DNA from: a virus
Lineage: Duplodnaviria; Caudoviricetes
Length of the DNA: 64,000 nt
Reading direction: 5' to 3' (one strand)
Virus record (IMG/VR): IMGVR_UViG_3300037420_001796
Location: 21,255-85,254 of that record
Shown here: one piece after another, positions 52,754-61,938 of the stretch
How positions within the stretch are numbered: the first letter of the stretch is position 1
Layout of the letters: each line of letters begins with the position of its first letter
The notes under the pieces: model-generated
Told to the model about the DNA's origin: nothing
Databases searched by the model: none
What the model saw: only the letters and a program-made list of their open reading frames with translations
Made by a program: the position numbers and the translations under genes

Positions 52754-53269
52754 TCACATCATCGGGTTGAGATACGCGAGCTGCATCACTTCGTCGCGCG
52801 CCGCGGCCAGCCGCTCTTCGTCGAGCTGAGACTGCGGTGTCCAAGCGCCATCGATGAATTCGCCGCGCTCGCGCGCCAGGATCCGGCGCGAGGTCGCGAC
52901 AGGAACCGGGACCGAACTCGCGCTGTTCGTGTGAGGCTGCGCGTCTTCCCACCACGACACGGAAACCGTGCCCACGTACAAGTGGCGCGGCTCGATGTCG
53001 GCAAGGGCGGCTTCGCGGGTAGGGTACAGATCTCCGGGGTGTCGGTCGTACACGCCGGGCTTGCCGGCGCGGTGATAAAAGCCTGCTCGGTAGATGTTCA
53101 TCCATCCGGTGACGCGGGCTTTACCGCTCACCAATCTGATGAAATTGGCCAGCAGGTCTCGTAGACCTGCGGGCCAAAAAGAACGACTCGGCGATGTTCC
53201 GAACTCCGACGTGGAGAGCGTCTTTGGGCTCTTCCACAAAAGGCTGATGTCCGGGGCGGACCTGTTCAT
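52754..53269 (-). CDS. Hypothetical protein
   Basis: ATG directly after a class I element. Confidence 0.55.
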   Translation of the reverse strand: MNRSAPDISLLWKSPKTLSTSEFGTSPSRSFWPAGLRDLLANFIRLVSGKARVTGWMNIYRAGFYHRAGKPGVYDRHPGDLYPTREAALADIEPRHLYVGTVSVSWWEDAQPHTNSASSVPVPVATSRRILARERGEFIDGAWTPQSQLDEERLAAARDEVMQLAYLNPMM

Positions 53270-53782
53270 GTTGGACTCCAAAGTTGTAGGACAAAGCGTC
53301 CTGGGTGGTGTAGGAATTAACTTACGCAAATTCGCACGCGGGCTATTGTGCACGCGTGCCTGACCAGATGGTGACTTGTTGCAAATGGAAATTCACCACG
53401 ATGGTGAACTTCACACCATTGGTTAACCGTGCACGGAAAATTTAAAACGTCCGGGTTTGGGAATATCGCTACAGGCGTGACAGATTCACACATTCCCGAC
53501 AAAAGCATTTGGACAAACATATCGTCCACGGACTCCAAGGGTTGGGCCAAAGCGGCCCGGGTTTGCGCAGTGGCTATCTGACCCGTGTCAGGCTTTGTCG
53601 CCGCGCTCTCGACGGTCTGAATCGTCGAGGTTTTATTCTACTGGATGCGTGCACAGTGGTGGCAGGAGACCCGGCCGGTCACTGGGTTTTGAAAGTGCGC
53701 GCCAACTCGACGAGCGCCAGCAAGCGGGCTGTCGAGCGTCCCGGGAAACGCGCAACGAATGCGCGCAATTCTCGTGCGTTCA

Positions 53783-53992
53783 TCATGTCCTCCAAAGCCA
53801 CAGAAGGTTGCCCGCCGCGTTCGCCCACACCGCGTGCTGCGGCGGAAGCAGCCACGACAGAACGAAGAAAAGCATCACGGAGGCCTTCACCACCATGACG
53901 TTGTGCCAGAACCTTTTTCGCTCGGCAGCGTCACGCTCTTCGCGCTCTTGTAGCTCGCGATCGATCTCGTGTTGACGACGGCGCCGGCGCAT
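53783..53992 (-). CDS. Small membrane protein
   Basis: Basic N-terminus followed by a hydrophobic segment. Confidence 0.5.
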   Translation of the reverse strand: MRRRRRQHEIDRELQEREERDAAERKRFWHNVMVVKASVMLFFVLSWLLPPQHAVWANAAGNLLWLWRT

Positions 53993-53993
53993 G

Positions 53994-54227
53994 TCACATC
54001 TCCTGCGTGATCTGCTCGATCACGTGCTCGTCACGCACGAACAGTGACACGATGGCAAGCACGAAGCCGACGGCCGCGAACTTGCCGTAAAGGCCGTGAG
54101 CTTCGAAGCTGACGGCACCGAGGTAGCTCATGTGCACGTAGTGCTCTGCGTGCACCAGATGGTGCTTGCTCGGTAGACACCAACGGCGACGCTTCGTGAG
54201 CGTCGCCCAAATTCGACTGCAATTCAT
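53994..54227 (-). CDS. Small membrane protein
   Basis: ATG after TTTTTGGAGTCCAAC; C-terminal transmembrane segment. Confidence 0.55.
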   Translation of the reverse strand: MNCSRIWATLTKRRRWCLPSKHHLVHAEHYVHMSYLGAVSFEAHGLYGKFAAVGFVLAIVSLFVRDEHVIEQITQEM

Positions 54228-54286
54228 GTTGGACTCCAAAAATAGTTGTTGTAAGTGAGGGTCCGCACGATGCTCTGTCGCGCGGC

Positions 54287-54517
54287 CTATTCAGCAATGA
54301 AGGCACGGTCGATGACGCACGCCTCGTGAGCGTTCGGCATTACCACGGCTCTGGCCTCTTTGACTTTCATGTCACGGCGGTAGCCGTGTTCGAGAATCCA
54401 TTCATCGGCAACGCCGACGGCGTGCTGAGCATCGTTCGCGTGAACGAGCAAGGCGCCTCCGGTGAGAAGGCCGATGTCGGTGCGATGCGGGCCGATCTCG
54501 ACAAAGTACAGCTGCAT
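54287..54517 (-). CDS. Hypothetical protein
   Basis: 76 aa with a GGAGAG ribosome-binding site. Confidence 0.5.
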   Translation of the reverse strand: MQLYFVEIGPHRTDIGLLTGGALLVHANDAQHAVGVADEWILEHGYRRDMKVKEARAVVMPNAHEACVIDRAFIAE

Positions 54518-54662
54518 CAGCTCTCTCCGTTCATGCGAATGATCGCAATCACAATGAAGACGACGATCACCAGGCCAGCAGCTCCGAGCGGAAGCATGGC
54601 CAGGATGAACTCGGGTTCGATGTCAGGCAGGTCTGCGAGCATCGAGCTGAACTCTGCCCAGT

Positions 54663-54944
54663 TCACAGCACGCTCCACTTCAGGTTCGTGGCCTCGTTCA
54701 GCGCGGCGACGATTTCCTGGTTCGCGCGCTCGTAGGCTTCGAAGGAGCCTACAGAACCGTACCGAAGCGAGTACGCATACGCACTGTCGTACACCTTGAA
54801 CGACAGCGCCGCTGCGTCGGCGGCGATCAGGTTAAGCGGAATCTTGTCGTTGGCAGTGTTGCGCAATTCCAAGTCGCCGCCCAGGCCGACCACTGCGTAG
54901 AGAACAGTCGAGGAGTCATCGACTCCCTTGAATCGAAGCTTCAT
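54663..54944 (-). CDS. Hypothetical protein
   Basis: MKLRFKGVDD..., with an AAGGA ribosome-binding site. Confidence 0.5.
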   Translation of the reverse strand: MKLRFKGVDDSSTVLYAVVGLGGDLELRNTANDKIPLNLIAADAAALSFKVYDSAYAYSLRYGSVGSFEAYERANQEIVAALNEATNLKWSVL

Positions 54945-55086
54945 GCGAACATCCTTCGTGCCTTGTCTTCGAGTTCCCGCTGGCGTTTCATGATCCGAGG
55001 CACATCCGGATGCAGCGGGTCGATCTCGCGCATCGCCCACCTGTAGAAGGCCTGCGCAACCATCACGTGAATCAGGTTGAGGATCT

Positions 55087-55401
55087 TCACCAGAGATCCT
55101 CCGAGAACAGTTCCTCGCCGCGCCGCGCCGACTCCTTGAGCAGATGCTGGCCGCAGTCAAGCACGTGCTTCAGCGCCTGGCCGCGGTTGAGGAACTCGCC
55201 GGTGTCGGTGAGGAATCCCTGCACCTCGCCCTTGTAGCTGTCGTCGGTGCGAGACAGGTTCGGGTTCTCGTAGAACTGCTCGTGCATCGCGTGCAGCACG
55301 TTGTGATGGCGGCCGGGGTGTGGCACGAAGCAGATCAGGTCCTTGACTTCCGCGTGATGCGGGTCTTGGTACGGAAATTTGATTGCAGCAGCGACGATCA
55401 T
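55087..55401 (-). CDS. Hypothetical phage protein
   Basis: MIVAAAIK...RHHNVL...QGFLTDTGEFLNR...ELFSEDLW. Confidence 0.6.
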   Translation of the reverse strand: MIVAAAIKFPYQDPHHAEVKDLICFVPHPGRHHNVLHAMHEQFYENPNLSRTDDSYKGEVQGFLTDTGEFLNRGQALKHVLDCGQHLLKESARRGEELFSEDLW

Positions 55402-55537
55402 TTGCGTTTCACCACCCAGATTCGGTTCGAGTAGCCGTCGTGCTTGATTAAGCTGTCGCGAACGTAGTCCGCATCGCAGCCGTGATCGAAGAAGACGGTG
55501 TTGATATGTCGTGCGCCGACGAGAACGAGCCATGCGG

Positions 55538-55843
55538 TCATGATTCGTACCCCGGGCGCTCGTTACTGGTAACGCGCGGACGCGTGTCCCACTGGCCGCC
55601 GTCGCCTGTTGCGAAGCGCAGTCGGCCGCCAATGGTCGCGGGCTTGCCCTCGCGCACGGATCGCGATGCCGGCGGTGAAGGGCGCTGCAGCGGCGGCTTG
55701 CCAGCCAGCAGGTTTTCGATCTGCTTCGCCTGCCGCTCGTTCATCGCGCGCAGCTGCTGGTTCTTGTTCACCAGGATCAGGATGGTCGGCACCATCACGA
55801 TCACGATCAGGCTGAGGCCAAGGATGACGTTGTCGGGGGTCAT
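55538..55843 (-). CDS. Membrane-anchored hypothetical protein
   Basis: N-terminal transmembrane helix; AAGGAG ribosome-binding site. Confidence 0.55.
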   Translation of the reverse strand: MTPDNVILGLSLIVIVMVPTILILVNKNQQLRAMNERQAKQIENLLAGKPPLQRPSPPASRSVREGKPATIGGRLRFATGDGGQWDTRPRVTSNERPGYES

Positions 55844-56427
55844 GGTGTCTCCTTCGAATTCGTGTCCTGGTCAGACGTTGTCACGCCAAAGGCGGCTTTC
55901 AGAATCTCGCGCGCGAAGTAGCGGTGATCGTTCGGCCAGAAGCTGCCCATGCGATGCCAGATCGCATCAATTTGCGCGTCGGTCAGGCTCGGCGCTTCAA
56001 CCGTCTGCACGCCAAGAGCGGCTCGCCGCTTCAATTCCTCGGCATAGTTGCTGAGTGCGTGGCCGCCATATTCCGGCTCACGAGCTGCGGACCATTGCAG
56101 GGCCAACATGACGGCGTCATTGAAGGCTTGTTCGCGACCAGCGTCGAAACCGTCCGCGTAGTCGCTGTGCGTGTGCTCTTCGCTGATGGTTCCGATTCGA
56201 AACAGGTGGAGCGGCGGATCGCCCTCGAAGCGCATCAATCCGTCTTCCAGCAGGGTCGCGACGACGCCCTTGCACTTATTCACGTCGTCGTCGTCCTCGG
56301 GGCCGTCCTCATCGAACGCCGCGCCGAACATCGCACGCTGCACAGCCGCCAGCACTCCCGCCTCGTCGGTCGCGTACTCGATGTGGGCTTTGTTCTCGTC
56401 GTCCATCGCGATGAAAAGGAACTGCAT
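55840..56427 (-). CDS. Hypothetical protein
   Basis: MQFLFIAMDD..., with a GGAGG ribosome-binding site. Confidence 0.55.
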   Translation of the reverse strand: MQFLFIAMDDENKAHIEYATDEAGVLAAVQRAMFGAAFDEDGPEDDDDVNKCKGVVATLLEDGLMRFEGDPPLHLFRIGTISEEHTHSDYADGFDAGREQAFNDAVMLALQWSAAREPEYGGHALSNYAEELKRRAALGVQTVEAPSLTDAQIDAIWHRMGSFWPNDHRYFAREILKAAFGVTTSDQDTNSKETP

Positions 56428-56900
56428 CACACGCCTCCGTTTCGAGTTACATCGGCCCGTGAGCCGTTTTGCGATTCGCCCACGCCAGCGGGCACTGACG
56501 GCTTGAACAGGGCGCACGCCCACTCGGCCTCAATGGAGTTGAGCCATTGGCGGCTGTATCCGGCCTGCAGGTCCATCGCGCCGTCCTGGTAGTGCCTTTC
56601 GGCTTTCGGGCGCGCTCGATCCTCCCAAACCTCCAGCAGCGCGCTGAAGTGGCCGTGCATGTTCTCGACCGCCTCGCGGTCGCGTTCGGTCAGGTGGCTC
56701 TGTGCGCGGGCGTCGCTGGTTCCACGAGAGTGCCACCCTGACTCGAAGCCCATGCGATATACGCACGCGAGCAGGCTGCGCATCGGCCCGGCGAACCTCT
56801 CTTTCTGCACGCTGTCATCGAACCCCCGGAACGTCGCTTCCTGCGCGTTGGCGAGGTAGGAATCCATCACGGCGCGCTCGCGTTCGTAGTCGCTCATCAT
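56427..56900 (-). CDS. Hypothetical protein
   Basis: 157 aa with a GGAGG ribosome-binding site. Confidence 0.55.
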   Translation of the reverse strand: MMSDYERERAVMDSYLANAQEATFRGFDDSVQKERFAGPMRSLLACVYRMGFESGWHSRGTSDARAQSHLTERDREAVENMHGHFSALLEVWEDRARPKAERHYQDGAMDLQAGYSRQWLNSIEAEWACALFKPSVPAGVGESQNGSRADVTRNGGV

Positions 56901-57337
56901 TTGCCTCCGTTACCCTGCGGCCGAGCCGCGTCAGACGTTTCGCCCACGCCATAGGCGTCGAGGTAGTGCCGAGCTTCTTCCACGGTGCCGTGGAACGACA
57001 CGAGCGGGTGCTTGATCCACGATCCGATGGGTGCGCAGTTCCGCGTGTCCGGGATGAAGTCGAGGACAACGGCGACTGGCTTGCCCATTCCGAGCGCCAT
57101 GCCACATTCGACGTAGGCGCCCTTCAACGGGAAGTCGTCGCACTCAGCGAAGAGGATCACGTAGTCGGCTGCACGAATCTCAGCCTCAATGCGCGCCCAC
57201 AACTCCGTCAGGTCGGCGGTTTCACCCGGACCGGCCTCATCAATCCATGTGCTGTTGATCGGCCATCCAGCGGCGCGCAACCGCTTCCACATAGCCGGGC
57301 GCTCGGGCACGCTGGCCCTTGATGCGACGTAGATCAT
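56897..57337 (-). CDS. Nucleoside 2-deoxyribosyltransferase-like protein
   Basis: IYVAS...IRAADYVIL...GAYVECGMALGMGKPV matches the NDT/RCL flavodoxin-like pattern. Confidence 0.68.
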   Translation of the reverse strand: MIYVASRASVPERPAMWKRLRAAGWPINSTWIDEAGPGETADLTELWARIEAEIRAADYVILFAECDDFPLKGAYVECGMALGMGKPVAVVLDFIPDTRNCAPIGSWIKHPLVSFHGTVEEARHYLDAYGVGETSDAARPQGNGGK

Positions 57338-58350
57338 TGCTGACCTCCGGAGGGCGTTTGCACGCCAGCAAGGTGTTGCCGCAGTGCTTCGCGCTTCATG
57401 TCGGGGTTGATGTCCTCGCCGTCCGTGTAGCAGGCCCGCACGCGCTCATCGCCCCACTGAGCGGCAAGCTCTATCGCCCTGTCCACCCAGCTCTGCGCTT
57501 CAACCGGACGCACGCCATAGGTGGCGAGCGCACGCTCGACAACGACCTTGATCTGGCCGAAGGTCAGTATCGGCTCGTGCGGGTTGCTGGCGAATGGGAA
57601 GTCCCTGTGAATCAGCGCCCACAAGTCGCCGTCGCTGAACGTGCGACGAGTCGGTTCCACGCCAAGGGAGTGCTTGGCCGCTCTGGCAGCCCGCTGCACT
57701 GTTTCCTCGCAAGTGGGCTTGACTCGTGCAGAGGGCTCCACGCCAAGAGCGGTCGCCTTCATCGGACAGTCCGCGTGAGGCCCTGGGCACGGCACCTTGA
57801 AGCGGTCCACCCTGCATTTCGGACAGATGTAACTCGGGGCTCGCGACGTATCCACGCCAGCCTTACGTCGCGGCACCAACGTGTCGCTGGGCTTTGCAAG
57901 CGGGCACCCTTCGCAGCGCGTGCCGATCAGCATCGTTTGATGGCAGCACTCGGCGATCGCATCCGGCATGTCAGCGGCGGTCTGTGCTTCTCGTAGCAGC
58001 AGGGAACCAGGCGAGTTGTCGGCATACAGCACAGAGCCTGACATGCCAGCATCGGGTGACCGGTGAGTCATGTCATAGTCGCCACCGTTGTGCTCGCCCA
58101 CGCGAACTACCGGCGAGCCGAAGACGCGTTCCACCGCTGCACGCAGCTTGGAGCGCCACCAGTAGCGCGGCTTGCCCACGGGGTGCTCTCCGAACATCAC
58201 GCCATCGAGTTCGTCGGCACCGTAGAGGAATTGCAGGATCGAATTGAGCTCCTGCGTCATGGTCGGAGTTTGAGCACTCATCTCAATTCCGAAGGTGTTG
58301 TTCAAGGGTCTCTTGCGCTTCGCGCGCGCAGGCCCTCCACGACGCGACAT
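57334..58350 (-). CDS. Hypothetical mosaic protein (true start probably near 58280)
   Basis: Long ORF in the operon direction with Cys clusters CEGC and CPKC. Confidence 0.5.
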   Translation of the reverse strand: MSRRGGPARAKRKRPLNNTFGIEMSAQTPTMTQELNSILQFLYGADELDGVMFGEHPVGKPRYWWRSKLRAAVERVFGSPVVRVGEHNGGDYDMTHRSPDAGMSGSVLYADNSPGSLLLREAQTAADMPDAIAECCHQTMLIGTRCEGCPLAKPSDTLVPRRKAGVDTSRAPSYICPKCRVDRFKVPCPGPHADCPMKATALGVEPSARVKPTCEETVQRAARAAKHSLGVEPTRRTFSDGDLWALIHRDFPFASNPHEPILTFGQIKVVVERALATYGVRPVEAQSWVDRAIELAAQWGDERVRACYTDGEDINPDMKREALRQHLAGVQTPSGGQQ

Positions 58351-58699
58351 CGATGAGGGCGTTCGGGCCCCCGAGCTCTTCCTCGGTTGCGGAAAGGACC
58401 TGGCCTGCGTACTTGGAAAGGGCCTCGATGACGAAGCCCTGCATCAACGGACCCGACTTCGCGAACTCCATCAGGCGATAGACGAACTCGGTGTTGGTGA
58501 GGTGCCCGTCGACGAACGCCTCGGCCTCGGCGATCGCGTCAGCTTGCGCCGTCTCGCCGTCCGAGAGCCAGAACACTTCGTTGCCCATGCGCAAGTCGCC
58601 GTTGTACTTGCGAACCTCGTAGACGCCTTCGTTCTTGTCGAAGAAGACATCAGCGGCCCTGCCGGTCTCGAGATTCTTGCGTCCGACGAAGTACTTCAT
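58283..58699 (-). CDS. Hypothetical protein
   Basis: 138 aa with an ATGA-type overlap. Confidence 0.55.
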   Translation of the reverse strand: MKYFVGRKNLETGRAADVFFDKNEGVYEVRKYNGDLRMGNEVFWLSDGETAQADAIAEAEAFVDGHLTNTEFVYRLMEFAKSGPLMQGFVIEALSKYAGQVLSATEEELGGPNALIDVASWRACAREAQETLEQHLRN

Positions 58700-59127
58700 G
58701 CCGGCACCTTCTTGGGCTTGCGATACTCGAGGTCGTAGGACGCGGCCACTCTTTGCATTCGCTCCTCGAATTCGAGAATGCCGTCCGAGTTGTCATGCGC
58801 GCCTTGGATTCTCGAGAGAAGTCTGGCCGTTTCCAGGTTGAGCACATCGATCCCTGCGATCACGAGCATGTCCGCGAGCAGGTTCACTTTCGAGTTGTCC
58901 GAAAGGCCACCGCGTATGGCGAGGTCGATGAGACGCGCAGCAGATGCGTTCTCCACGGCGCCGTCATAGACGTTGTCGGGGATCAGCTGGCCGACGCCGC
59001 ATGCAAGGGTCTTGCCGTCCTTCTCGAGTCGGTAGCGGCAACCCATGTGGACGCTCTGTTGCGCGAGGGCGCCCTGCGCGCGAATGCCATTCAGGGCTTG
59101 ATCGAAAATCTGCTGGTGTGTCAGCAT
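58696..59127 (-). CDS. Hypothetical protein
   Basis: CRYR....LACGVGQLI...Q.AHD; preceded by a class I element. Confidence 0.62.
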   Translation of the reverse strand: MLTHQQIFDQALNGIRAQGALAQQSVHMGCRYRLEKDGKTLACGVGQLIPDNVYDGAVENASAARLIDLAIRGGLSDNSKVNLLADMLVIAGIDVLNLETARLLSRIQGAHDNSDGILEFEERMQRVAASYDLEYRKPKKVPA

Positions 59128-59166
59128 GGTTGGACTCCAAAGTTGTGCGCCGAATGCGGCGCGGGT

Positions 59167-59505
59167 TCAGGCTGTAGCCTCTTCCTTCTGCAGCGTGCGG
59201 GGTTCGAACACCAACCTCGGCGCCTTGCCCACAAGTCGCACCATCTCGTCGACGGCGTCGTCGCCGAGGTCTCGGATCGGCTTCAGGACCGCATCAGGTG
59301 CCCAGCCCGTAGTGCCAGCTGGTACCAGGCGGTGGTCTAGGCCCATGACACCGCTTTGCAGCATCTCGATTTCCCAACACGGCCCCTGCGGACCACAGAA
59401 TGCCGTCATGAGCGGGCTCACCTCGTACGGGCCAATGATTCGGCACAGTCGATCTCGATTCGGTCCCTCGATGAAGCGGGCGGTGTCGTCGGGCTTGCAG
59501 TTCAT
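59167..59505 (-). CDS. Hypothetical protein
   Basis: MNCKPDD...PDAVLKPIRD. Confidence 0.55.
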   Translation of the reverse strand: MNCKPDDTARFIEGPNRDRLCRIIGPYEVSPLMTAFCGPQGPCWEIEMLQSGVMGLDHRLVPAGTTGWAPDAVLKPIRDLGDDAVDEMVRLVGKAPRLVFEPRTLQKEEATA

Positions 59506-59936
59506 GACGTCAGCTCCTCGAAACGACGCTCCAACCTGTTCGCCACCACTTGGTAGTCGGTGAGGTTGTAATAGTCCGGCATGCTGAAATCGCAGTTGGC
59601 GCCGCGAGACGCGAACATGTTGGGGTCTCCGAACAAATAGTTGGCGACATCCCAATCGACGAGTAGTTTCCCGTCCGACTCAAGGCACGGCGATCCGGGC
59701 TTTCCATCGAAAGAGCAGGACCCACCGGGGTTCGTGAACGCCGCAAAACGACCCACACCCTTCGCGGCAAACTCCGGCCAGCTCACAAGCCAGCCGCCGA
59801 AGCATGCGATCGTGCCGCAGCCCGTCGGATAGCTCCACGAGCCCAGGTCCACCGACTTCGGCTTCACCTTGTGCCAGAGCATCGCCGCGAGAAGGACGTT
59901 CTCGATCTGTTCATCTTTCGAAAGTTGATTCATCAC
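59502..59936 (-). CDS. Hypothetical protein
   Basis: CGTIACFGGW...YLFG. Confidence 0.55.
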   Translation of the reverse strand: MMNQLSKDEQIENVLLAAMLWHKVKPKSVDLGSWSYPTGCGTIACFGGWLVSWPEFAAKGVGRFAAFTNPGGSCSFDGKPGSPCLESDGKLLVDWDVANYLFGDPNMFASRGANCDFSMPDYYNLTDYQVVANRLERRFEELTS

Positions 59937-60748
59937 ACCATCTCCAATTCGGGGACGTTCTTGAACTGGCCCGACTCACGTGTGCCCCTGAGCACGTTAG
60001 CCAGACGTTTTTCGATCTCCTCACCGCCTGCCGGCCGCTTCACCTCGGACACCAAGTGCGCGAGATAGATCTCGAGCGGCAGCAGCGTCTCGTTGAAGAT
60101 GTTCGGGATCTGCAGCGGGCCCTCGCTCGTTGCGACCTGCTCTCCGTTACCGGTAACGAGCGGCTCCCACTCCATCCAGTCGAACGGATCGAAGGCGACG
60201 ATCAAGCCGTCGGCCAGGTGCCCGCGAACCCAGTTCGCCCACACTTCCGAGCCCAGCGACTCCGTGTCGCCGTTCAAGCGGTGCGCGATGAACTCGCCGC
60301 CCTTGAGCTCGCCCAGATACGGCATGCCGTCGTCTCCGAACAGGCCGTCACGCGCACGCACGTATCGCGGCGGCCGCTCGTCTTCAGGATCACTTCGGTG
60401 CAACTGCTGCACGCGGGCTCGGTACAGGGCGAAGTTCGTGTTGATCCACTCGTCTTTGGCGGGAAACGGCAGCTCAGTCGTGATGAACTGCGGCGCGCCG
60501 AACGGACCTGAAATGACCGCGGTCCACGCGCTCACGTCATCGGAGTCGAATTCGACCCAGTCGCCGGTGCCCACGAACATGTGCGCGGACGGCTGAGGGC
60601 CGCCGGCATTCGGATACTCGACGCCGTCGACGCCGCAACGAATCATGTTGCCGGTGTGCGAGTAACGCACCCAATGCGGCACCGGGCAGAAGTCGTACGC
60701 GGTACGAATCGGCGGGAACAAGCCGAAGCGGTGGCGGTAGCCTTTCAT
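59933..60748 (-). CDS. Hypothetical protein
   Basis: 271 aa in an overlapping gene chain. Confidence 0.55.
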   Translation of the reverse strand: MKGYRHRFGLFPPIRTAYDFCPVPHWVRYSHTGNMIRCGVDGVEYPNAGGPQPSAHMFVGTGDWVEFDSDDVSAWTAVISGPFGAPQFITTELPFPAKDEWINTNFALYRARVQQLHRSDPEDERPPRYVRARDGLFGDDGMPYLGELKGGEFIAHRLNGDTESLGSEVWANWVRGHLADGLIVAFDPFDWMEWEPLVTGNGEQVATSEGPLQIPNIFNETLLPLEIYLAHLVSEVKRPAGGEEIEKRLANVLRGTRESGQFKNVPELEMV

Positions 60749-61137
60749 GCGGACACCTCTTCGACAAGTTCATTGAGGACGCTCACGATGTCTTCGTGCG
60801 TCGTATGCATGCCGATTCCGTCGTTGAATCGGTACAGCTGTTCGGATGCCGTGCGATAGAAATCCGACTCAGACATTCGGCGGTTGACGACCTGCGCGAG
60901 CCGCTTGGCCAGGTCGCTGGCGTTGACCGCGCGGTAGACGTCGTCGATATCTTCGGCGTCGCATGCGAGTCGCTCCACATGGGCGACTGCGCCGCCGAGG
61001 CAGAAGCAGATTGCACCCTGCGAGCACGGGTTCACCGCGATGCGGTAGTCGTCTCGCGCCATCGTCCCGCGCGTCCAGCGCGTTGGATCAGAAAGCAGAT
61101 CGCGCAGCGCGACGGCCTGCGACTTCAGGTTTGACAT
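60745..61137 (-). CDS. Hypothetical protein (DUF6197-like)
   Basis: WTRG..AR...CFCLGGA...FND; preceded by a class I element. Confidence 0.6.
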   Translation of the reverse strand: MSNLKSQAVALRDLLSDPTRWTRGTMARDDYRIAVNPCSQGAICFCLGGAVAHVERLACDAEDIDDVYRAVNASDLAKRLAQVVNRRMSESDFYRTASEQLYRFNDGIGMHTTHEDIVSVLNELVEEVSA

Positions 61138-61182
61138 TTGAGGACTCCTCAGTTGTGCGGCAAAGTGCCGCGGGGTTTGTGT

Positions 61183-61938
61183 TCAGCCCTTGAACGCCGG
61201 CACAGTGTCAAGCCACTTCGAGCCCTTCGAGCGAAGCTTGATCAGGGCCTGCACCGCTGCTTCGGCTGCGTAGCGGCGAATCTTGTCGCGGTCCTTCGGG
61301 GACTCGTACGACTTGGCGAGATAGTCGATGGCCACTCCGAGCCGATCTGAGCTCGGAGATTCGCTGTTGAACAGCGACTGAAGCTGCTCGGCAGCCTCTG
61401 CTATGTAGAAGAGGCCGCCCGTCGAGTGGACTGGAAACGAATCACGGATGTCCCACACTCGCTCAGGGAAGCCTTCGAGGGCTTTCTCCGCTTGGGCCTG
61501 AGTCTTCACGCGCTCGAATTTGTCGGCGTACGAGATCAGTTCAGCGCGTATGTCCTTGCTGATCTCCGTATTGCGTGCAGCCTTGCGCAGCGCCAGAGGC
61601 AGCGCGCCATTCACAACACCCACCGCAGTGAAGCGCAGGAACTTGAGGCCGTCGATGTGCTCGCTTCCAAGCTGCGCGATGGCAACGCGAATCAAGCCGC
61701 GCGCACGCGCCTTGGGGCTCTCCCAGTGCTGGTCGTTCAGGTTGATCTTGAACAGGCGCACGTCACCATCGACGCACGGCGGATAATCGTCGTGCGGCAG
61801 GCCCATCGCGAAGCACACTGCAGCTTCGACGCACATGTGGCCAGGTGTGGGGTTGCCAAGGCCGTGGCTCAGGCCCTTGCGAACGACGCTTGCGACTTTC
61901 ACGGCGGTGTCGCGCGTGACTTCGGGAATCGATTCCAT
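61183..61938 (-). CDS. Hypothetical protein
   Basis: MCVEAAV...PPCV...LND; preceded by a class I element. Confidence 0.6.
   Translation of the reverse strand: MESIPEVTRDTAVKVASVVRKGLSHGLGNPTPGHMCVEAAVCFAMGLPHDDYPPCVDGDVRLFKINLNDQHWESPKARARGLIRVAIAQLGSEHIDGLKFLRFTAVGVVNGALPLALRKAARNTEISKDIRAELISYADKFERVKTQAQAEKALEGFPERVWDIRDSFPVHSTGGLFYIAEAAEQLQSLFNSESPSSDRLGVAIDYLAKSYESPKDRDKIRRYAAEAAVQALIKLRSKGSKWLDTVPAFKG

Noticed and set aside
54185-54207. Perfect 9-bp hairpin GGCGACGCT-N5-AGCGTCGCC
   Set aside because: It is a single occurrence inside the start of a coding region, with no U-tract, and is plausible by chance in GC-rich DNA.
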